From Vicugna vicugna (taxonomy: Eukaryota): DNA of 64,000 bases. Positions 9,526 through 18,810 of this stretch are shown one piece after another. The notes under the pieces were generated by a model that made no database searches, was not told where the DNA came from, and was given only the letters and a program-made list of their open reading frames with translations. The position numbers were made by a program, and so were the translations under genes. Every line of letters begins with the position of its first letter. Position 1 is the first letter of the stretch. The stretch covers positions 682,001-746,000 of the forward strand of contig MU059537.1 of the NCBI GenBank assembly GCA_013265495.1, read 5' to 3'.

Positions 9526-11220
9526 CTGCAGAAAGCAGCAGGCCCCCACACCCAAAGATGGGGTGAGGCCCAGGACAGGTCGGGGCACTGGGAGAAGCAT
9601 GGAGGATGTCAGGAGCCCATGAGCCCATGAGGGTCAGGGTCAGGGCACAGGCCTCAAAGGGCTCCAACTGCAAGGCTCCTCCTCATCCTCTCCCTTCCCT
9701 TCAGCTGTTCCCTCCTCCAGGAAGCTTCCCAGAACACCCTACTCTTTCCTTTTGGAAGCCCTGCTCTTCTCCACATCAGCCACACCGTGATTCTGGGGTC
9801 ATAGCCTGATCCTCACCGAGCCAAGAGATTCTGGGTCAGCAGGCCCAAGGGGGTCTGTCCATGAACATGGCTGACATGCCTCTCTGCGTCCCCAGCCCCC
9901 AGCTCGGCTGCACAGAGCAGGCCCAGCCCCGTGAGGAAGGAGATACTTGAGTGAAGCAGACTCATGTGGGGCAGAGTGGGCGGCCCCAGAATTAGCGCCG
10001 TTTGGCACCAGGGGTGAATCCACACGGGCCCAGCAAGGCGAAGCCCCTGGGGCATCTAATCCAGTACTCGGCCTCCAGATTTGGCAACCCCTGGAGGAAA
10101 CTGGTTTGCCTGGCTGCCGTAAATCTAGCCGGAATCCTTACTGCTGCAGTGGGAGGGGAGGGGAAGGCCACAGGCTCCTTTACACGTGCTCATCTGGTGC
10201 CTTTCAAGCACCCTCGCCCTACAGGTGAGGAACCTGGAGTGACACAGCCAGGAAGGGGCGGGGAGGACTTCAGGCAGGCCTGCCCGGCCACTTCCATCAC
10301 CGTCTCCTGGCTCGGGGTCCACCCCCAGTGCTGGCCCTGGGGCTCTGGCTGCTGCAGCTGAGGCACAGGGAAGCCCGTGGCCCGGCCCACAGAGATGTGA
10401 CAGTAGAGCTACCCTGCCTTCCAGGTGGACACCGGTCCCCACAACCGAGGACCAAGGAAACAGCCCCAAGGACCCCTGCCAACAGCCTCGGCAGACAGCC
10501 TCCCCAGTGGCCTGACAGGCACACCCAGCACCCCCTCCCGGAGGCACCCCACTGCCCGGCGACAGGGCCCCAGACACCAGACAGCAAGACAGAGGTGAGG
10601 CCCCTGAGAGCCCAGACGTGGAGGTGCCAGCTCAGAGCCTCGAGGGTCCCAGCTCTGCCCTGTATTCCCTCGGGGACCTGGGGCGGCCTGCCCAGTGGAG
10701 CCGAGCTCCCCGCCAGCAGGGCTGTTGGGGTCAGAGCCCCCGCCACGTGCTGGGGGGGTGAGGGTGTTACTATGAACGAGCCACTACCCGGGCATTCTCA
10801 GCTCTGACCCTGTCTAGCTGTGGCCTGACAGCGGCTGACCAGAGCCTGATTCCCCACGACAGAGCCCCACATGGGGCCGCCGTGAGGCTGAGGAGCACAG
10901 GTGTCTGCCGGGCCTGCCAGCCCCGTGGCACACAGGGGCCCAGGGGCGGGAGCCCTGGCTGTGGCTGCGCACAAGTGTGGGCCCACCTCCCGAGCCAGGC
11001 TGGCCAGGGACAGCACGTCCACCCTAGAGATGTGCCCAGACAGCATGTGGCCTGGGCACGCACACGGCTGGGGGTGGCAGGTGGCACGCAGCAAGGCCAC
11101 ATGTGCCTGCCTCACAACGGAGGGGCTTCCAAACCACTGCCCAGGCTGAGGGGAGCCCCAGCAACCCCCATCATACCCCCCGAGACAGCAGCAACGCCCC
11201 CCGCACCCCGTGACCCTCAC

Positions 11221-11313
11221 CACGACGGTGATGCCATCCCTCTCCAGCGGGGCCTTGTCGTAGGTCACTTCGCACACACGCACCACAGTGGTAGCCCCGT
11301 ACCTCTTCAGGTC
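11221..11313 (-). CDS. PTP4A3: PTP4A3 coding exon 2 ([31 protein letters not shown])
   Basis: gccag acceptor, GTG|gtgagg donor, 93 nt; contains C49, the disulfide partner of C104. Confidence 0.98.
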
Positions 11314-12235
11314 CTGGCAGGGAGGGAGGAAGGCAGGTCTGGGCTGGGGTTACAGGGCTCAGGGGTGGGGACCCCCTGATTGAGGCCCCTGGGGCAAGGG
11401 CATGCCCCCCTCAACAAGGCAGGAAGGCTGATGCCCGGCGTGAGTTACCCGTGGTTCACAGACTTTCAGGCTCAGTGACTTGCCAGGGGGCAGAAGAGTC
11501 TTTCCTGATGCTCCTGGGGCACCTGTCCCTAGGCCCACCCAGCAGCAGGGAGGGTGCCCCCACCTACCCGCACTGCCATCTCGGCTACACAGCTGTGAGC
11601 CAGTTCCCCAGCATGTCACCTCCCTCCTCTTGGGTGCTCAGGATCCCAGATGCACCAGCATTTTCCAGACAAAGCCCCTGGGTCCTCAGGCAGGGAAAGG
11701 ACACCACCAGCCCACAAGTGGGCCCCTGTGTGGTCCCTGCTCTGAGCAGCCCTCTCAGCCGGTGGTTGCAAGACAGGTCTAGTCAAGGGTCACAGCCAGA
11801 CCCCACACAGGGGCCTTCGGAGTCTCAGAGGGGCAGGCCTCAGTGGGCAGGGGTGCCTCAGAGCAGGGAGGGCAGGCACCTGCTCAGATGGTGGCCAGGA
11901 GGGAGCCAGGCCCTGCACACCAGGGGGAAGCCCCAAGCTACCAGGGAAAAGGTCAAGGCAGTTGACAGCCAGGCACAACAATATTTATACGCTGGGGGTG
12001 GGGGGCAGGCTCCACTCCATGGGGTCCACGTGCAGGGGCTGCTCCCACCCCGACCTGCTCCCAGCAGCTATTTTCAGAGTGGTGAGGAATCATGCGACAG
12101 GGACACCAAACACAGTGAGGACAGCATGGAGCTATTCTGAGAATGCAGGCAGCAGGAGGGGCTGCAGGGCTCTGAGGCCACAGGACACCTCAGATCCCTC
12201 TGTGTCTGCAGCAGACTGCTGCCACCCGCCCAGGG

Positions 12236-12547
12236 CTGAGCCTTGACCCTGGTCACACACTGAGCCCTGACGCTCATCACAGACTGAGCCCTGATCCTGG
12301 TCCCACACTGAGCCCTGACCCTCGTCCCAGACTAAGCCCTGTTCCTGGTCCCACACTGAGCCCTGACTCTCGTCCCACACTGAGCCCTGATCCTGGTCCC
12401 ACACTGAGCCCTGACCCTCATCCCAGACTGAGCCCTGATCCTAGCCCCAGACTGAGCCCTGATTCTGGTCCCACACTGAGCCCTGATCCTGGTCCCACAC
12501 TGAGCCCTGATCCTGGTCCAAGACTGAGCCCTGAACCTAGTCACAAC
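12236..12547. repeat. 24-bp minisatellite, 13 units, consensus ~CTGAGCCCTGATCCTGGTCCCACA
   Basis: ctgag recurs at 12236, 12260 ... 12548 with period 24; intronic between PTP4A3 coding exons 1 and 2. Confidence 0.95.
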
Positions 12548-13491
12548 CTGAGTGATGTGCTCAGTCTTCCCCAAGATCCTGCTATTATCTCAAAGGTCTC
12601 AGCTATGCAGGGGGACAGCCCTCCTCTATAGGGCCCCCAGCTCAGTGTCTGAGGTCCAGGTGTCCCGATGGAAGGTGTTTAAGTCCTCTCATGCCCTGGC
12701 CCCTGTTTAACTATGACAAGTACTCAAGGGGCCTTATCTCACGTTGCAGAGGGAACGGCTGGAGGTCTGAGCCCACGAATGCTGCCCCCCCCCCATAGCC
12801 ACAGGCCCTGCAAACAGCAAGGCTCGCTGCAGAGGCCAGGCTCTTGCAAGGCCATGCGGAGAACGGCAGGCCCTGCAAACACATCTGGCCACGTCTGCCG
12901 GGGCTGCGAGCAGCGCACAGCTCTGCCTGCTGGCTCTCCAGGGTGCAGTGGCCAGCTGGGATTCTTGCCCAGCCCCTCCTCACACAGATATCTGTGCCCT
13001 GAAGCTCCCCGCCCAGTCTGTTGTAACCCAAGGATTCCTCCAGAGCCTGTGGGCCGGAGGTGGAGCTGGCTTTTGCACCCCATGCCCCCTCCGCCTGACC
13101 CCCGGCTGTTTAAGCAGCCCCTGCTCACCTGGGGGCCCCTCCCTCCTCCTTCCTGCTCAGCCCCTGCCTGGAGGACAAAGGGCCAGCAAAGTGCTCAGGA
13201 CAGCCCAGCCACAGGTGATGTCCTGAGGAGGCGATGTCCTTCTCTCCTCCTGCCTCTGCACCTGGCTGTGTCCATGCAGCGTGGCCTCCCACTGTCCACG
13301 CACCGGCCCAGCCTGCAGGCCCCGGGGGGCCCAGCAAGTCCCCCACCAGTCCTCACGCCCCAGCTCCACAGGACACTCTCGTGTGCCCTGGGGACCTTGG
13401 AACCTGGGTGGCAGCTCTGCTCCCAAGCACGTCTCACACTGGGGGCTCTCAGGAGGCCAGGGCGGCGCAGCTGGGCTTGCTGGGCACTCAC

Positions 13492-13596
13492 CTGGATGAA
13501 GGTGCTGAGGGTGGCGTTGGTGGGGTTGTGAGTGATGAGGAAACGCATGTGCTTGTAGCTCACCTCCACGGGGGCGGGCCGGTTCATCCGCGCCAT
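13492..13596 (-). CDS. PTP4A3: PTP4A3 coding exon 1 ([35 protein letters not shown])
   Basis: Strong Kozak aGCCATGG at 13596, CAG|gtgagt donor, 105 nt; unmistakable PRL-family N-terminus. Confidence 0.98.
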
Positions 13597-13960
13597 GGCT
13601 CCTCCCGAAGCCAGGCGGCGCCCAGGAAGGGGCTGCGGGCAGGGCCGGGGACACGGAGGAGAGGCCTCACCAGCCCCCCAAAACCCAAGGAGAACAAAAT
13701 CCCTGTGCTTGTCCGAGAGAGGAAATGCTTTTTTAAAAAACCTGCCCCCCAAAACCCCGCACAAATATTGTGCAAATACTTGGAGGGGGGAGGATGCTGC
13801 CCGGAATGCGGGTAATTAAAAAGGAAAACCCAAGGCTTTAAAAAACAAAAGAAACAAAATCGCCCCCCAAAAGTAAGACCAGTCCAAGCTCCTGCCTCTC
13901 AGAGCTGGACAATTACAAGGGGGCAAAAGGGAAAAACAACCACAACCCAGCAAAGAAACC

Positions 13961-14038
13961 TTAAAAAGCCCGAAGTGAATCCGGCCGCCGTGGCCGTGTC
14001 CAGCGCTGAGCCTGTCGCCGGGGACGCCGTCTCTGCAT
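13961..14038 (-). other. uORF-D, 25 aa, Arg-rich: MQRRRPRRQAQRWTRPRRPDSLRAF*
   Basis: AUG at 14038 in weak context (ccgAUGC), ending UUU UAA at the start of the U-rich block. Confidence 0.45.
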
Positions 14039-14209
14039 CGGGGGACGGGGAAACGGCCGCCTTCACTCAAAGGCAGGCCCCAAATCGCCAAGGACCAAAA
14101 GAAAAACGAACTTGAACTGAACCAACAGGGCAGCCTTGGGGTGGTGGGGTCACAGGCGGCGGTGGCCGTGGTGGGCAGGTGGGCGGCTCTGAGCGGGGCC
14201 TTTGTCACG

Positions 14210-14218
14210 TTACCCCAT
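14210..14218 (-). other. uORF-C, minimal: M-G-stop
   Basis: AUG GGG UAA. Confidence 0.5.
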
Positions 14219-14253
14219 CGGGGTATAGCGAGTCCTGGAGCGGGGCAGGGGGC

Positions 14254-14295
14254 TCAGGAGGCAGAGCCGGCCCCGGGCCGGGCGGCGGCGGCCAT
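14254..14295 (-). other. uORF-B, 13 aa: MAAAARPGAGSAS*
   Basis: AUG at 14295 (cccAUGG), UGA at 14256-14254. Confidence 0.5.
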
Positions 14296-14340
14296 GGGCC
14301 AGGGAGGGCAATGGTGGGGGCCAGAGGCGCGGGGGCCCCG

Positions 14341-14409
14341 TCAGCAGCAGGTGCGGCGGCGATGCTGGGCGCGGCGGTATTGAGAGCTGCCCCCCGAGGC
14401 CCTCTCCAT
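14341..14409 (-). other. uORF-A, 22 aa: MERASGGSSQYRRAQHRRRTCC*
   Basis: AUG at 14409 (uuuAUGG), UGA at 14343-14341. The ORF is certain; its translation is not shown. Confidence 0.5.
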
Positions 14410-16970
14410 AAATCCCAGGCTGGTCAGCGGCAGGCAGCGTCTGGGGGAGGAGGGGAGAAGGAAGCAAACAGAAAAGTGGTCACCGGGAGCCCTGGCCCAT
14501 CCCCTCCGTCACAGCCAGTGCTCTCCCCAGCCCTGCTACAGCTCCATGCTGAAGGAGCGACCCTCCTTGGGCCTCAGCTCCCCCAACCACACCCCAGGAG
14601 CCCCAGGAAGGACAGCTCCAGCCAGGGCTGACCCACAGCCCTGAGGTGACAGAACAGCCACCAGGACAGGGCAGAGAGGGACACACACATGCCCTGGGGA
14701 TGTGCTGAACCCCAACACGAACGTCAAAGTGGTCTGTGGTAACAGAAGCCTAGCCCCCCTGAAGCCCGGCCCCTTCACGGCCTGCAATCAGCAGAAACCC
14801 CATCCCCACCCAGGACAATCGCCCTCTCCTCTGCGGAATTCTGGCCTCTGTGATTTCCAAGCCCAGGTTATTCCGGGATGGCCAGCCCTCTGGCAAAGAA
14901 GGTCAGGAACAGAGGTCAGGGCGCCCGAGCACAGCAGGGTGAGGGTCACCACAGCCATGTCCCGCCTTAAACATCTCCCAAGAGCTTCCCCGCGGAGACC
15001 TCGGGCTCTGGTCTGCCTCTGCCCCCGGACCACTGGCCACCACTCCCCCACAGGGATCGCCAGGCGCCGGGCGCAAATAAGGCGGCTCTGCCCTCCAGGA
15101 GTTCAGAGAAGTAGGGACAGATCACAGGGGCCAAAGGGCCAGGGCCGGCTGCCAGGTGCAGGCCGAGGTGGTAACAATGCAGGGGGCCAGACGTAGTTTC
15201 CCACTGTGACAGGGCCCCAGGGACAGAGGCTGCTCAGCCACAAAGAGAGCCATCAACCACTTGCACACCTATCTCTCCCACTCTGGGCCCCAAAGGGCCA
15301 GGGCCAGGACCCCAGCAAGAGTATCCAACCCCACTTCCGCCCCACAGACACGTGGAGACCTGGGGCACATCACTAGCCTCAGTTTCTCCATCTGCACGGT
15401 GAGGAGCCAAAGGGGACCCCTCTGGCACAACCCAGGGGTTAGCAAACCCCTCCAGTCACTGGTCTCAGCCCAAGCCCCAGGGCCGGTAGTCCCACTTGCT
15501 CACCAGGCAGGTCCTCCATCCTCCAACCCAACACTTCTTACCTCTGCCCCAGCCAGCACCCCCTTATCCAGCTGCCCACCAGGCAGGCTGGGACGCGGTG
15601 CAGATGGAGCACAGAGTTGGGACACTGGACATGCAGGGCCGGCTCCACCGCTGCTCCCAGGCTCAGGGCAGGTGCCACGGCTCACACTCTGCCCCTTGCT
15701 TTGTCCAGGAGGGGTACATGGGGGTCCCCAGGGAGGGGTAAAACGTCAAGGAGAAGGGATGCTGTCCTGGTTCAGCCAGCCCAAACCCGCACCGTCTCAG
15801 AGCAAACCAGCTCAGAGCGCAGAAGAGGAAAGAGCCCGCGGCCGGCGCCCTGAGCAGCACACAAACACTTGCCCCTCCTGGGGCTGTGGGGTGTTCCCAT
15901 GTGGTAGTGTGTTTACCAGAAAGAAAGGACAAAGACCCAAGGAAGCCACAAGACTACAGGCCTCTTCTGAGGGAATGACCCACCACCTCACCACCCACAG
16001 TTGCTGGGCACCTAGGGAGACCCCGTGAGCAGGAGCAGAAGGCCGGGCTCTGCTGCCAGTGTCCCTGGACGGCCCTCCAGGCTGAGGACCCAGAGCCACC
16101 CCACACTACCAACCAAGTGAGCCTCAAGTGTCCCCTGCTGGCAAGGGTCAGGGGCCAAACTGGCAGGGCCCTAGGTAGGATAGAGTCAGGGTCTGGGCCA
16201 AGGTTTGGACCAAGATCACTACCCAAGCGGGGCTGGGGTCTTGCCACACACCCCACTTGTCTCCACAGCGTCCGGGGTCCCCCATCCCCACGAGTAAGCA
16301 AAGCAGTGATACCCCGACTTCTGGCCCCGAGCAGCCTCACAGCCCCAACCAGACCTTCTGGCCTCCCTCCAGGGAGGCCCCCTTCCTATTGACCACACCC
16401 CCTCAGTGAGGTCACTGAGTCATGTCCTCAGGCAGGGCCGACCCAAGACCACCCGTCACCACTCCTCAGTTCTCCTCCACCTCCCGTGAAGCAGGAGCCT
16501 TCTGGGAGCCCAACGCCCCTCCCTCTGGCCTTCCTGCCACTGGCCCCACATTGCTATGTAGGGACCTCAGCCAGCCTCCTCTCCAGGGCAGGCTCTGAGC
16601 CCTCTGCTATGCCCAGAACAGCCATCCTTTTCAGATCTGCTTGTGGAGGCCCCATCCTTGTCCCTGTATATCAGGAAACAGGCCAGGGAGAGATGGAGGA
16701 CCTTCTCTGGGCCCTGCCCATGCCAGGCGCCTGGTACATGCTCCCTGTGGGTTTTCTCAGTCTCAAGTCCAGGCAGCTTATTGCTGGTGGCACAGATGAT
16801 TAAGGAGCTGGCAGAGAGCAACTCCAGAGGGCTTCAGAGAGTGCCATCCTCTCTGGGCCGGGGACCTTGGATGATTTGGAAGAAGCCTGCAGGACTAGGG
16901 CCCAGCTGGGTCCCAGGAGAGCTAAGGCACGGGCGTGGGAGCACCATCGGCAGGGCTGGGATCCGGTGGG

Positions 16971-17010
16971 CTGGCCTGGGCTGAGCTGGGCTGGGCTGGG
17001 CTGGGCTGGG
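16971..17010. repeat. (CTGGG)n pentamer array, 8 units (5 perfect in a row); five overlapping GCCCAG motifs on the PTP4A3 sense strand
   Basis: ctggc ctggg ctgag ctggg ctggg ctggg ctggg ctggg. Confidence 0.9.
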
Positions 17011-17039
17011 GCAGTGGGTGGGGCACCCATCCCACGCAG

Positions 17040-17620
17040 TGCGTTTGCCCCGGGCTGTGTGGGGGCTGGTTCTGAGGGCTGCGGGACCCCTCCCTGGGGC
17101 GGGGCTGGGGTCCCCCCGGCCCGCCCCGCGCCCGCCCCGCCCAGGCTCACCAGCGCGCAGGCGTCCCGCTGCCGCCTCCATCCGCGCGGGGCCTGGACGG
17201 GCGCCGCAGCCGAGACCCTGCGCGAGGGGCGCGGAGGCCTCCCGTGGGTGCTCCGCGGCCTGGCGGCCGGGGGCTATTTATAGCGCCCGGGCATCACGTG
17301 GGCGGTGTGGCCGGTGACCGGCGAGCGACCCAGCTTGTTGTGGCTCCCACACCTGCTGCCTAAATATAACCACAGGCTGGCCCGCGCGCCTGGCAAACAA
17401 AGGGACGGTGGAGGGCCGAGCCGGGAGAGGAAGCGCTTCGGAGGAAGGGGAAATGCAAGGGCGGGGGCGCTGTCCAAGCACCCCGCCTGCCTCCGGCCGG
17501 GCTCTGGTGCCCCCTCACCCGTGCGCGCCCCCCCAGAACTGTCCGGGGCTCCCCGTGGCCCCATCTTGAAGGAAGGATTCACACAGCAGAGCTGGGGCAG
17601 CACCGCCCCAGGAGGACCTC
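17040..17620 (-). promoter_or_regulatory. PTP4A3: PTP4A3 proximal CpG-rich promoter: TATA/MEF2 CTATAAATAG (17283-17274), E-box CACGTG (17295-17300), second MEF2 CTAAATATAA (17360-17369)
   Basis: Motifs read directly; both MEF2 sites fit YTA(W)4TAR. MEF2C control of PRL-3 transcription is reported in human cells. Confidence 0.75.
17151..17250 (-). other. PTP4A3: Predicted alternative (proximal) first exon of PTP4A3
   Basis: Starts ~25-30 nt after a TATA box; strong donor CTG|gtgagc at 17151/17150 followed by intronic G-runs. 5' end estimated. Confidence 0.65.
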
Positions 17621-18729
17621 GGCGTGGAACTAGGCTCCTGGTGGGGGCCTCGCCAGGAAATGAAAATAGAAAGAAGGGTGCCCCGGCCCAAGTGGCTTTA
17701 TGAGGCTGACACCCACAGGATAAGGGCCGGCCACTTGGTCTGGTCCCAAAGTCCTCCTGCTTAGAGCCCTGCCCAGCTCTCCAGCCTTGCGCCAGAGGAA
17801 CCCCTCCACTTCCTGAGTACCTTCTGTGTGCTCTGAACCTGCACCCCCCACCCCCAGCGTGCAGGTGAGAAAGCTACTGGGACACACAGACAGGCAGAAT
17901 TCACCCAGGGTGTGGTGTCCACATCCCGCTCATTCTCCAGCGCTCAGTGCAGATGCGTCCTCCCCATGAGACCCTCTGTGATTGAAACCCTCCCAGGTCC
18001 GGGCCTGCCCGCACGGGCAGGGTCCTGGCTTCACCGTGTCAGCAACACACATGCTCCCCAAACTGCAGATCCCAAGAGTGCAGCCTGGGATCGCGATCAA
18101 CTCTACCTGCCCTGGCCAGCTCGGAGGCCTTTGGAAGGGGGTGGAGCAGGGTGGGCAGAGCCCCCAGCACACAGGGTCCCCAGGGGCCTTCCCTTGCTGG
18201 GAACCCGGCTCTGAGCCCAGCTCCCAGACAGCCAGCCTGGCCCCTGCAATCATCGGTCAGCGCCACAGGGGCGGGGTGGGAGGAACTGGCCGGGGGCCCA
18301 GCCCAGAGCACAGCCCCCTCCCAGGCTGTCCCCACACATGTACCCAGAGAGTATCAGCCATGCCTGTGACCCCCACTCCTCCCACCCCAGCTGGGCAAGC
18401 AGGCAGGGAAGGCGAGGACAGTACAACCATGGACAGGGCAGAAAGGCCCACTGGAGCCCCGCCCAAGCCAGGCTGGGTGGCCTGCCCACCAGCTCAGGGA
18501 TCCCGATGGCGTGAGCCCCCCAGCAAGGGCTCCTCCACCTAGAAGCAAGGTCGGCTCAGGCCAGGACTCCCACTCCAGTGCTCTTAGGTCCCCACTCCCA
18601 GCAGCATCTTCCTAAAGGCCAGCTCTGGGCACTCAGCCACACCAGTCTCCCACCTTGACCGATTTCTGAGGGTCTGTCCCCTCAGACACCGTGCTGGACA
18701 CTGCATCCCCTGAACAAGACACGTCGGCC

Positions 18730-18810
18730 ACACTATTCATAAAACAGCAGCTCAGAGGGGTCAAGGGACTTGCCCAAGTCACACAGCCAGGATGCAGAAC
18801 CACAGTTGGG
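18730..18810 (-). mobile_element. MIR fragment
   Basis: gctcagaggggtcaagggacttgcccaagtcacacagc. Confidence 0.65.

Larger units (their letters stand above)
13597..14440 (-). other. PTP4A3: PTP4A3 5'UTR part of the first coding exon (844 nt)
   Basis: Long pyrimidine tract (cttttctgtttgcttccttctcccctcctcccccag) ending at AG 14442-14441; GC-rich 5' half, U-rich 3' half. Confidence 0.8.

Noticed and set aside
9612-9645. gagcccat x2 followed by GGGTCA-GGGTCA (TCAGGG telomere-variant-like)
   Set aside because: Only 2-2.5 units; simple slippage, too short to call an interstitial telomeric or receptor array.
12236-12547. CRISPR-like reading of the 24-bp array
   Set aside because: Head-to-tail units without unique spacers, no cas genes, mammalian intron.
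12132-12574. Repetitive ORFs (DQDQGSVW / TRIRAQCG repeats)
   Set aside because: By-product of a 24-nt (8-codon) intronic minisatellite keeping frames open.
16971-17010. Immunoglobulin switch-region reading of the GGGCT/GAGCT pentamers
   Set aside because: Only 40 bp, versus kilobases in real switch regions, and no Ig context.
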